The notes beneath the pieces were generated by a model. It was not told the origin of the DNA. It made no database searches and saw only the letters and a program-made list of their open reading frames with translations. Below, piece by piece: positions 9,209-17,443 of a stretch of DNA of 56,577 nt. Source of the stretch: a virus (lineage: Duplodnaviria; Caudoviricetes). Location of the stretch: positions 1-56,577 of the IMG/VR virus record IMGVR_UViG_3300048855_000094; one strand, written 5' to 3'. Each line of letters begins with the position of its first letter. The first letter of the stretch is position 1. The translations under genes and the position numbers were made by a program.

Positions 9209-9556
9209 TCAGGTGCGTGGTTTGATGGGCGCTTCGTCACGACTGAACAGCTGGTCGTGCTTTTCCTGGAACAGCGAAATCTTGCCGCCGGTGCCGACAT
9301 GCATCGGTGTGTCGAGGCTGGTGTTCTCGCTGCGAGTGCCGCGCTTGGTCGGCACTTTGTAGTCGAGCTTGTGTTTGATTTTCACCATCTGGCCTTCCCC
9401 GATCTGGCTGAAGTCGAGGGTGATGACTACCTTTCCGGCTTTGCCATGGTCGACTACGCCGGCGGCCACTTCAGACAAGGCGTGTCCGATCTGGCTAGCG
9501 AACGCGCCGCCGTTGAGCTCTTCGAGGAATTCGGCGGTATCGGTTGGAGTGGACAT
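9209..9556 (-). CDS. Conserved phage protein usually paired with DUF2303
   Basis: FLEELNGGAF...EVAAGVVDHGKAGKV; directly upstream of the DUF2303 gene. Confidence 0.7.
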   Translation of the reverse strand: MSTPTDTAEFLEELNGGAFASQIGHALSEVAAGVVDHGKAGKVVITLDFSQIGEGQMVKIKHKLDYKVPTKRGTRSENTSLDTPMHVGTGGKISLFQEKHDQLFSRDEAPIKPRT

Positions 9557-9799
9557 GCGTGCTTCTCCGATTGGGCGCCAAGCCCGCTTGGTGGGAGTTG
9601 ATGTTGGGATGCTTTTTTGTTGCGCTGCGGGGTCTTGAAAACTCGTCTCACGCCGCTTTCACCCGAATCCGGGTGAAACCATCGGCGGTGAGCGTTTGGC
9701 CTTGCGGCGTTCTGTAGGTTGGCGGCGCGCGGTGGGCGCTCTGGATGGCGCGACCGGTTGCCCCTGGCTGGGAGCAGATGAAGCGGGACTGGTGCTGAC

Positions 9800-10042
9800 T
9801 CATCTCACCCGCGCCCTCCGCTGAAGGCGGCCACGCTCCGCCGCCGACAACACCCGAGGTCTGCGCTTGAGCACCGTGTCAGGATCAATCCAGTCCCGCC
9901 GCTTCGGCGGGATCGGGTTTCCCGTGAAGCATTCACCCTGCAAAATCTGCCTGCCGCGGCTCTCGAACTCCGCCACGGCCGCCGCCAGTTCGGCGGACTT
10001 GATCCGGTTTTCCGCGTCAGGATTCAAGCTGAAGCTGATCAT
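9800..10042 (-). CDS. Hypothetical phage protein
   Basis: 80 aa; ATGA overlap with the exonuclease stop. Confidence 0.6.
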   Translation of the reverse strand: MISFSLNPDAENRIKSAELAAAVAEFESRGRQILQGECFTGNPIPPKRRDWIDPDTVLKRRPRVLSAAERGRLQRRARVR

Positions 10043-11688
10043 GCCGCCACCTGCTGCAGCTCAACGCCATCCATGTTGAAGGCATCGCCGTGAATCAGCA
10101 CCAGGTCGTCCAACGCTCCCCAGTTCACCGTCAGCACCGCAAGTGGGGCGCGGCCTTCGTAGACAGCCTTCACCAGCGCCTCCAGATCGGTGACCTTCGC
10201 TTCCAGTTTCGTGGGTTTCGGCGGCACTTTCGCCGATGGCGCGGCAGAGGTGACGCGCCGCGCGGGCGGCTGAGCCAAGTTGGCAGCAGGAGTAGGCGTC
10301 GGCGCTTTCCCCACAGCGGCTGCAGCCTCCGTGAGTTCGTTCGCTTCCCGCTCCAGCCGCCGCGCCTCTTGCTGACGAATCTGCTCGCGCTGCGCCTCAA
10401 GGCGAATCTCTTCGGCGCGCTGGTGCTCACTGATACGGACCTTGATCAGCGGGACCAGGTCCTCGTTCTCCTTCAGCACCAGTTGCTGCAGATCGTTGAA
10501 CAGGAACACGTAGTCAGCAGCGAGCTCAGCGAAGCTGTTGAGGTTGGTGCGCATTCTGTCTCCGGTTTGGCTGGCTTCGATTTTCGCCCGGGCCAGTTCG
10601 CTGTCAGCCGCGTCGCGCAGGCTGGCGATCGTCTTTTTGCCCTTGATGGCGCCGGCGAAGTCAGCAACGATCTTCGGCATCCGCGCCTTGCCGCCGAGCG
10701 TGTTGTTGATCTGGTCGACGTGCGTCTGCAGGGACTTCGCGGCGGTCATCACGATGTCTTCCCTGATCGCGACTTTGCGGGCCTTGACCAGCTTGTCGAG
10801 TTCCAGCCGCTTGGCGCGCGCTTCGCTGCTGATCTCGTCGATCGCGCGGAAGAGGGCGTCGATGCTCTCTGTCTGGCTCAGCGCGTGCTGCTTCGCCGCT
10901 GCCAGGCGATCTTCGACTTCGCTGCACCACTTCACTGTCTTCTCGGCGTCGGCGAAATGCTGGTCGGTCTGCAGATCCGTGTTGATGGCCGCGAACACGG
11001 CCAGCGAGTGAGCCTTGAACTGCTCCAGGTTGCTTGCGGTCACCATGCCCGTGACTTCGATGCGTAACGCCGGGAGCGCGTCCGGCGTTTTGCCTACAGC
11101 CTCGGCCGCTGTTTCGCCCGGCTCATAGGCGGCCAGATCTGCTTCAAACTGCTTCCAGCCGGCAACGAGCTTCGCGGCACGGCCGCGTACGGGGAAATAC
11201 TCCATCGAGACGAAATTCTCTTCGGTACCGTCGGAGCAGACGAAGATGACCTTTTCGGCGTCCGCGACGAGCAGTTGCTGCTCGAGCTGCCAGTAGTAGT
11301 GGGCGTCCAGCTCACCGGCGCGCACGTCGGCGGCGAGCTGCTCGTTCCACATTTTGTGCTCGAACAGGATCTCGCCCAGCATGGTGCAGCCATCGAGGGA
11401 GGCCAGCAGGTCGCCTTCGGTACCGACGAGGGGGAACAGGTCTTCATCCAGGCGGGCCTCAAGTATCGGCCGGGCGCTGGCTTCGGCTTCGTGGCCTTTG
11501 TCGAAGAGGTACTTCTGCACCCACCACGAGATATCGCGATCAAGTCCCGTCTTCTTCGCGTGCAGCAGCTCGGTGCGTTTCAACTGCTTCGAAGCGCCCA
11601 TCATCGCCGGGGCTTCCGATGCGGTGTGGTAGTTGGCGCGTAGCGCGTGCCATTCGGGGCTTCTCTGCGCGACGTTGTGGATTTTCAT
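10039..11688 (-). CDS. YqaJ/lambda-exonuclease-family recombination nuclease with long coiled-coil tail
   Basis: QRSPEWHALR, TASEAPAMMG, ASLDG, FEHK and YYWQLEQQL motifs. Confidence 0.9.
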   Translation of the reverse strand: MKIHNVAQRSPEWHALRANYHTASEAPAMMGASKQLKRTELLHAKKTGLDRDISWWVQKYLFDKGHEAEASARPILEARLDEDLFPLVGTEGDLLASLDGCTMLGEILFEHKMWNEQLAADVRAGELDAHYYWQLEQQLLVADAEKVIFVCSDGTEENFVSMEYFPVRGRAAKLVAGWKQFEADLAAYEPGETAAEAVGKTPDALPALRIEVTGMVTASNLEQFKAHSLAVFAAINTDLQTDQHFADAEKTVKWCSEVEDRLAAAKQHALSQTESIDALFRAIDEISSEARAKRLELDKLVKARKVAIREDIVMTAAKSLQTHVDQINNTLGGKARMPKIVADFAGAIKGKKTIASLRDAADSELARAKIEASQTGDRMRTNLNSFAELAADYVFLFNDLQQLVLKENEDLVPLIKVRISEHQRAEEIRLEAQREQIRQQEARRLEREANELTEAAAAVGKAPTPTPAANLAQPPARRVTSAAPSAKVPPKPTKLEAKVTDLEALVKAVYEGRAPLAVLTVNWGALDDLVLIHGDAFNMDGVELQQVAA

Positions 11689-12572
11689 GCGGACTCTCCT
11701 TCGATGGGCGCGAGGTTGTTGATCTGCTCAATCTGTTGCTCGCTCAGGGTGTATTTGCTGCTGATGGTGGCGATGAGGTGCCCGGGCGATGACTTGCGGT
11801 CGTCGACGGACTTCTGCCACTTGGGCAGGTTCTCGGCGAACTTGGCGTCCGGATACGGCGGCAGGCCGGCAGGCTCGGCACTTCGGGTCGGGGACACGTC
11901 GCGAACGCGCGGGGCGCTTTCTTCCAGTTCGTCGGGGCTATACACGCCAAGAATCACGTCGGGGCAGTAGAGGCGTGACCAGCGCTTGGTCGCGAGGTAG
12001 GCGAGTTGCTGGCGCGGATCATCAGCCCACAGCGTGCTGTTGCGCGTTCGTGCCTGGGCCAGCAGCAGTTCGAGCACGCGCGGTTCGTCTTCGCCACGGA
12101 AGGTCGCCCATACCTTCACGCCCAAGCCTTCTTCGTCGGCCATCTTCCAGCCAGGTACGCGGTACTCGCCTTTCTCGCCTGACTTGATCGTGAATTTGCC
12201 GATCACCTTTTCCCACGCGCCGAACCACTCGTAATGCAAGCGATCCAGAACCGGTGCGCACGTCGTGATGACGGCGTTGACCAGCTGCGCCTCATAGCCG
12301 AGGACGCCGTTCACCAGGTGGGTTTTCTGGGCGACGGCGAAGGGGTTCATCTTCCACTGCATCGACTGCATCACCACGGCGAGGCAATCGGCGGCGTTGC
12401 CGTTGAAGTGTTTCGGCATCGTTGCGCGGCCGCCGGCCATGACTTCTGCCAGCCGCATCATCTTGTCGAGGCTGTCGCCATCCAGCACCAGTGCGCTGGT
12501 GCTGGTCGCGGCGTGGGAAATCAGGTTGAGCTGGTGCTCGTGCGCCACGGGGGCGGTGTTTGGTGCGGACAC
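11685..12572 (-). CDS. recT: RecT-family ssDNA annealing protein
   Basis: DCLAVVMQSMQWKMNPFAVAQKT, GYEAQLVNA, W..DP.QQLAY; GTG start after AAGGAG; coupled to the exonuclease. Confidence 0.85.
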   Translation of the reverse strand: MSAPNTAPVAHEHQLNLISHAATSTSALVLDGDSLDKMMRLAEVMAGGRATMPKHFNGNAADCLAVVMQSMQWKMNPFAVAQKTHLVNGVLGYEAQLVNAVITTCAPVLDRLHYEWFGAWEKVIGKFTIKSGEKGEYRVPGWKMADEEGLGVKVWATFRGEDEPRVLELLLAQARTRNSTLWADDPRQQLAYLATKRWSRLYCPDVILGVYSPDELEESAPRVRDVSPTRSAEPAGLPPYPDAKFAENLPKWQKSVDDRKSSPGHLIATISSKYTLSEQQIEQINNLAPIEGESA

Positions 12573-12627
12573 GGTTGCTCCTTGCGCCATGCCGTTGCCG
12601 GCGCGCTGCGATGAAACGGGGAGGGGG

Positions 12628-12741
12628 TTACTGGGTGATGTGCTCGGCGTAGGCGCTGACCAACATCCACAGAATGCAAACAAGAAAGGTGACTGCCGAA
12701 CCGCGCCAGTAAGCCGCGCGACGGACTCGTTGACGGCTCAC
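12628..12741 (-). CDS. 37-aa single-TM small protein
   Basis: GTG start overlapping the upstream TGA; basic N-terminus then a hydrophobic stretch (VTFLVCILWMLVSAY); below the ORF-track cutoff. Confidence 0.5.
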   Translation of the reverse strand: MSRQRVRRAAYWRGSAVTFLVCILWMLVSAYAEHITQ

Positions 12742-12941
12742 ACTGAACTCCATTGCACGTCGTCCAGTTCAGGGCGGGGATCGCGATAGCCATCTACACG
12801 GCAGCGTTGCTGAGGCAGCATGATGGTTGCGCAAGCGCGTGGCCGGAGGCGTTTGCATTCCGGGCATTCGATGCCGAACATCGCCCGCAGCCGCTTTTTG
12901 TGCTCCTTGATCGCGGTCTGCATTTCACCGAAATCACTCAT
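12738..12941 (-). CDS. Small Cys-containing (CxxC) protein
   Basis: CPEC motif; overlaps both neighbouring genes. Confidence 0.6.
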   Translation of the reverse strand: MSDFGEMQTAIKEHKKRLRAMFGIECPECKRLRPRACATIMLPQQRCRVDGYRDPRPELDDVQWSSV

Positions 12942-13158
12942 TGCGCACCTCATACGCCAAGGTCCATTCGCCGCACAGACACGCGCGGCGGCTCCAGGCC
13001 TCAGGATTGGAAATGTGGGCCTGCTCAGCAGCACGCATTGCGTCCTGCATGGTCAGCCCCTTGAACACCATCAGGACGCGACCGGGTGCGACGGCCAGGT
13101 GACGCGGCAGCTCGCAAATCTGCTCACTGAAAAGCGGTTGGCCAATGGAAGTGGTCAT
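12934..13158 (-). CDS. Hypothetical phage protein, 74 aa
   Basis: MTTSIGQPLF...; ATGA coupling to the upstream gene. Confidence 0.6.
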   Translation of the reverse strand: MTTSIGQPLFSEQICELPRHLAVAPGRVLMVFKGLTMQDAMRAAEQAHISNPEAWSRRACLCGEWTLAYEVRNE

Positions 13159-13391
13159 GCCGAATCCCTCGCGTCTGACGTCCCCATGAAGCGGGCATCG
13201 ATGTCGCGAATGCGCTCGCAGTAGCGCTTGAATTCTTCGCCCGTGATGGCCTGCAGCTCGTGGCTGACGTTGACCGCGGTGTAGGCGGCGTTCGAGTAGA
13301 CCAGGTGCATTTCGGCATGCCCGTTTGCCAGAGTATTGATGGCCGTATTGATCAACGCGACGGCTCTGGTGTGGCTGGACTCGGTACTCAT
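13155..13391 (-). CDS. Hypothetical phage protein
   Basis: ATGA coupling on both sides. Confidence 0.6.
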   Translation of the reverse strand: MSTESSHTRAVALINTAINTLANGHAEMHLVYSNAAYTAVNVSHELQAITGEEFKRYCERIRDIDARFMGTSDARDSA

Positions 13392-13675
13392 GCCGCCCAC
13401 CGTGATCGGTGCATGCGGCTGTCGATCTCGTGCCAGAGCGCAACGCGGATGGCGGTGTCGTGCTGGGCGGCGATGGTGCGCAGATCCGAAGGCTGGACGT
13501 CCTGCGGCTTACCGTTGCGGTCATAAGTGGTGCCTGCGAGCACGAGGTAATCAAGCTCGCGAGTGCCCATGCAGTCCCAGTCGCTCTCGCGGTTATCAGG
13601 CTGGGGCGGCGTGTTCTCGCAATGCGTCACCTCAACCTCTAGGACGAACTCCTCAACAATTATTTCGTAAGTCAT
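13388..13675 (-). CDS. Hypothetical phage protein
   Basis: AGGAGG RBS; 95 aa. Confidence 0.7.
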   Translation of the reverse strand: MTYEIIVEEFVLEVEVTHCENTPPQPDNRESDWDCMGTRELDYLVLAGTTYDRNGKPQDVQPSDLRTIAAQHDTAIRVALWHEIDSRMHRSRWAA

Positions 13676-13727
13676 GGTCGCCTCCTGGGCGAGCTATTGA
13701 GCGGCCCCGACGGGCGCCGCTTTGGGG

Positions 13728-13931
13728 CTAAGAAGCCAGCTGATCCGCAGGTTGGGTTGCGCTCGATAGCTGGTCTTGAATGCGCTGGTAGATTTCCTCC
13801 CTGTGCACCTGAATTTCGCGGGGGGCGGTGATCCCGATCCAGACCTGCTGGCCCTGAGCTCGGGTGACGGTGATCTGGATGTCGTCGTTGATACGGATGG
13901 TTTGGCCGGGTCGACGGGTGAGGATGAGCAT
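13728..13931 (-). CDS. csrA: CsrA/RsmA-family RNA-binding protein (phage-encoded)
   Basis: MLILTRR...[18 protein letters not shown] closely matches the family consensus. Confidence 0.93.
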   Translation of the reverse strand: MLILTRRPGQTIRINDDIQITVTRAQGQQVWIGITAPREIQVHREEIYQRIQDQLSSATQPADQLAS

Positions 13932-14477
13932 CTTGAGTTCCTTCTGACGTTGGTTTCCCAATGCAGCCTGTTGCCAGGCTGCATCAGTGAAATCGCTTTC
14001 CGGGCCGCGATCCGCTGCTGGCGTCGATCGCGGTTTGTGGCGTTAACGATGTCGGCGCGCGCTACGCCGCCGATGGCTTCGCGCGAGTTCTGTGCGGCCT
14101 TGAGCTTCCCTGTTCACAGTGCCTACATCGACTTCGGCGCTGTGGTCGTGGGGTCAGATGTTCGCTACACGACTGTCAACTGCAGCTCTGGCGGCCTACT
14201 GAGCAGGGCAGTTCGTCGTGGGTTGCCGGTCCGAGATCCGGCTGGGCTTAGTGGTGCATCGGCGCTTTCCTCCTGATGGTGTTTGTTCTCCACCACACAA
14301 CACTGCCGAGTCATCTCTCACCGGCGCCGCACATTTCGTGTTCGGTGCATTGCCGGTTTGGGTGTGTGGTTTCGCGTGCTTGCGTTGGGAAGCACGGCAG
14401 CTATCCAGAGGCTGCATGGACGACGGTTTAGCTTTGTTGCCACCGGTTTGCCGGTACGTCGTTGGGTCACGTCGGAT

Positions 14478-14490
14478 TGTGTAAAGAGCG
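14478..14490 (-). promoter_or_regulatory. boxA-like antitermination element
   Basis: Minus strand reads CGCTCTTTACACA, ~55 nt downstream of pL; resembles lambda and rrn boxA. Confidence 0.65.
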
Positions 14491-14548
14491 ACCTCGGATG
14501 AGGTGGGCCCGATTCGGGCCGTCGCACCAAGCAATCTGCGACGACACA

Positions 14549-14591
14549 AATATAAGCCTGCTTATCTTCATCAGTCAATAAGCGTGCTTAT
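14549..14591 (-). promoter_or_regulatory. pL promoter with two operators (oL)
   Basis: TTGACT-N18-TATATT on the minus strand; operators ATAAGCCTGCTTAT (14552-14565) and ATAAGCGTGCTTAT (14578-14591). Confidence 0.8.
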
Positions 14592-14610
14592 ATTATTTTC
14601 CCCAGGCATG

Positions 14611-14632
14611 AAAAAGCCCGCACCAGGCGGGC
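14611..14632 (-). terminator. Intrinsic terminator insulating pL
   Basis: GCCCGC stem followed by a T-tract on the minus strand. Confidence 0.7.
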
Positions 14633-14707
14633 AGAAGTACGAAGGAGAGTCCATCTTGAGCAGATGGTCGTCAGAGCCTACTGGAGGTTGGATGCATGGG
14701 GCAGGCT

Positions 14708-14732
14708 AAAAAGCCCGGCTTTATACCGGGCT
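14708..14732 (-). terminator. Intrinsic terminator of the cI operon
   Basis: AGCCCGG-loop-CCGGGCT followed by TTTT on the minus strand. Confidence 0.7.
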
Positions 14733-14803
14733 GAGGATGTTCATTAAACAGGGGGTGCGGCTTGAGGATTGGATTGCTTCTGAATTCAGCCTTCAGTTGG
14801 TTC

Positions 14804-15232
14804 TCAGATGGCCATGACTACCATGGAAAATCGCCGACCTGACACAAAGGCGTAGCTCAGGCTGAGAGTCAGTAGGAAAGCGATCGCAGTACCCACCGGT
14901 TTCAGCAGACTGTCATTGACCACCAGTGCAATGCAGCTGACGGCCATAGTGGCCAGCATGAAGCCGCAGGTAAGGAACGTATCTCTCATCAGCACCCGAA
15001 AGTGTCCAGTTTTCCGCATGTTCGCTATCAAAGTCTTTTCGACAAGAGCTGTGATTATCGCGACTGCAGCTATCATGAAGCCTAGCAAGGTGGCGCAAAC
15101 CCCGGCAACGACTCCGCCAGCAGCATAAAGCTGCGATGAACTAGCGGCACTCCATTTCCAGAAGCAGAACGCTACCAAGCCAGCTAGTACAATCTTAGGA
15201 AACAGTCTCGTCCAACGAACCGAAGTACTCAT
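14804..15232 (-). CDS. Small ~4-TM membrane protein at the rexB position
   Basis: Four hydrophobic segments in ~142 aa; overlaps the end of the upstream gene. Confidence 0.8.
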   Translation of the reverse strand: MSTSVRWTRLFPKIVLAGLVAFCFWKWSAASSSQLYAAGGVVAGVCATLLGFMIAAVAIITALVEKTLIANMRKTGHFRVLMRDTFLTCGFMLATMAVSCIALVVNDSLLKPVGTAIAFLLTLSLSYAFVSGRRFSMVVMAI

Positions 15233-16103
15233 CAATTTGCCCCTGGCATTCTTCCATGGCCGTGTCTATCGCTCCATACATCGTCCCGCTTGGCGGGTAT
15301 TTCGCATTCGTCTGAACCATTTGGGAAGACGATACGCGATCAGCGATGAGATCAATCGGGTGTTCAATGCCCTCATCATACACATCAGCTCTCGCGCTGG
15401 TTGCCCCAAGGTTTGCTGCATGTGCCAGCGCCGTTTTCAGACGACTCGATAGGTGACCACTTGTATCAGCGCGTCTCATGTCCACGCCCATCTCGATATG
15501 AATTGAGTCAGCGTCAGCCCCATTCATCATCTGCATCAAGCCTCGGGTGAACTCGTCATCGTTGTACATTTCGGGATTAGCCGGACGTGGAATGACGAGC
15601 TTAATGCGTTTGAGCGTTATGTCCCTGCTCATCAGCCGCCGAGCTGCGTCCGGCTCCAGAACCGGTCCAGCAAAAACAGAGGTGGACCACATTTCGCTTA
15701 AAAATCGAGCAAATTGTGCTGCGGTATTACCATGCGTGTTGCGACACCAGGCCAAGATCTGACGTCGGGGATAAAATACAAAAAAATTCTTCTCAACGAG
15801 CCCTTGGTCAGCTTCCAGTTCGATCTCCTCAGCGTCCTCTCCAGCAGCGCCAATTTCGGGAAGGTCGCTGGTTCTGAATTTTCTAAACTGGCCAGCATAG
15901 GTCGCTCCAGCGCCTCGACCCCTTTTCACCATCTTCCAAATTTCTCGGGTGTAGCCCGCCACGCTTAGCGCTTGAGTTGTTTCTCCATCATCATCGACGA
16001 TGTCTGTGAAACCGCTCTCAACTGACGGAATGTCAGCAGTTGGCTGCACAGACATCTGAAAGAAATCAATGTGATAAACCTTGTCCTGTAATACATCTAC
16101 CAT
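15195..16103 (-). CDS. Soluble 302-aa protein at the rexA position (possibly DUF6731-like; unverified)
   Basis: Intact ORF immediately downstream of cI on the same strand; no motif identified with certainty. Confidence 0.75.
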   Translation of the reverse strand: MVDVLQDKVYHIDFFQMSVQPTADIPSVESGFTDIVDDDGETTQALSVAGYTREIWKMVKRGRGAGATYAGQFRKFRTSDLPEIGAAGEDAEEIELEADQGLVEKNFFVFYPRRQILAWCRNTHGNTAAQFARFLSEMWSTSVFAGPVLEPDAARRLMSRDITLKRIKLVIPRPANPEMYNDDEFTRGLMQMMNGADADSIHIEMGVDMRRADTSGHLSSRLKTALAHAANLGATSARADVYDEGIEHPIDLIADRVSSSQMVQTNAKYPPSGTMYGAIDTAMEECQGQIDEYFGSLDETVS

Positions 16104-16209
16104 GAAACACCCCGTCCCTAAGTATCTCCACGTGTCGGAGACTGAAAAATACAGCGAATCACCAGCACGGCTGCGCCATGCATAACGTAGCTCTACACGA
16201 AGAGCCCGC

Positions 16210-16869
16210 TCAAAATTTCATCAACGCCCTAACCACCACCCCGATGATCCGGCAGTCGGGTCCAAACGCCTCCATCGGGTAATTCCCGTTCAATGGCTTG
16301 AGGAACCTTCTGCCTCCGTCATCGACAAGTTTCTTGAAGGTCGCCCTGCTGCAATCGCCCAATTTGGCAACGACTAGCTTGCCAGAATGAACCTCGGCCT
16401 CAGTGTCAACCAGAATTAGACTCCCCTCTGGCACGCTTTGCCCCACCGAAGATGTCATTGAGTCACCTTTAACTTCAAGCCAAAAAGCAGGACCTTTAGA
16501 GGTGTAGTCAGACAATTCATAATCATTCGAGAGGCCAGCCGGATATCGCGCAACTGCCTCGTCCCAGGTTCCGGCCGATTCCCAAGAGATGACCGGATAC
16601 CGAAACATCACGTATGGCGGGGGAGACGGCTCAGCGCTCAATGCTTCCCCCCCAGCTCCAGACAGCATTTCTCCTATACCGTCAGAAAGCCAAATTGCGC
16701 TCACACCACACACGTGAGCGAGCTTCGCCAAATGTGCGCTTTGAAGGTTTTTTCCGGTTTCCAGTTGAGAGATTACTGGCTGCTCTACACCTGCCTTCAC
16801 TGCAAGTGCTTTCTGCGTCAGATGCCCGTGCTTGCGGGCCAGCTTCATTCGATCAGCAAGTGTATTCAT
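16210..16869 (-). CDS. cI: CI repressor (XRE HTH plus S24 autopeptidase)
   Basis: HTH LTQKALA..AGVEQPVISQLETG; cleavage site SAG; VKGDSM and ATFKKL catalytic motifs. Confidence 0.95.
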   Translation of the reverse strand: MNTLADRMKLARKHGHLTQKALAVKAGVEQPVISQLETGKNLQSAHLAKLAHVCGVSAIWLSDGIGEMLSGAGGEALSAEPSPPPYVMFRYPVISWESAGTWDEAVARYPAGLSNDYELSDYTSKGPAFWLEVKGDSMTSSVGQSVPEGSLILVDTEAEVHSGKLVVAKLGDCSRATFKKLVDDGGRRFLKPLNGNYPMEAFGPDCRIIGVVVRALMKF

Positions 16870-16876
16870 ATTCGGA

Positions 16877-16942
16877 AATTTATAAGTTCGCTTATTCGCT
16901 TGCAAATAAGTGTGCTTCTTCTTAGGATATAAGCATGCTTAT
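16877..16942. promoter_or_regulatory. oR region: three operators with divergent pR and pRM
   Basis: Operators ATAAG-N4-CTT(A/C)T at 16882, 16906 and 16929; pR TTGCAA-N17-TAGGAT (+); pRM TTGCAA-N17-TAAATT (-). Confidence 0.82.
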
Positions 16943-16956
16943 CATGAGGCTCATGC

Positions 16957-17169
16957 ATGACACCTATCGAAAAGCTCGTTGACTTTTTCGGCGGGCAAAC
17001 CAAAACAGCGATTGCCTTGGGCTGCACGCAAGCAGCCGTCTCGTACTGGGTCACGGGCGTCCACTCGATGACTGCTCAAAGAGCATTCAAGGCTGAGGAG
17101 CTTACTGGGGGGGTGATCACAGCGCGTGAACTGTGCTCCTGCCCACTTAGCTCGGTCGAAGCTGCTTGA
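16957..17169 (+). CDS. cro: Cro-like repressor
   Basis: FGGQTKTAIALGCTQAAVSYW HTH; divergent from cI. Confidence 0.9.
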   Translation: MTPIEKLVDFFGGQTKTAIALGCTQAAVSYWVTGVHSMTAQRAFKAEELTGGVITARELCSCPLSSVEAA

Positions 17170-17443
17170 CCACCAATATTGCCCCGAAGAATGCGCGTGC
17201 CTAATACCGGGAGACGTTCGTTAGCACTCCATTTCGCCGCGGAAAAAAGCGGCCTCCAAAAGTCAGCCCCGTCCAAAGCTCCCCGTCAAGAAACGGGGAG
17301 CGGGGCGAGCGACTCCCCGTACGAGGAAGTTGATAAAGCGTTTCATCGCAGCCGATTGGATGAAAACACCGTTCAGTAGCAGGCAAACCAATGATCGTGC
17401 ATCTGCAAGCGCCCCACCACGCGAGAAAAACAGAGGTTTCGCA

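Noticed and set aside
10090-11067. 325-aa plus-strand ORF
   Set aside because: Antisense shadow of the YqaJ-family gene
12934-13554. 206-aa ORF as a single gene
   Set aside because: Only the last 74 codons fit the coupled gene chain; the rest overlaps two better ORFs
14196-14578. ORFs in the pL leader as an N protein
   Set aside because: No good RBS, starts fall within the promoter or operators, and there is no clear arginine-rich motif; a very divergent N cannot be fully excluded
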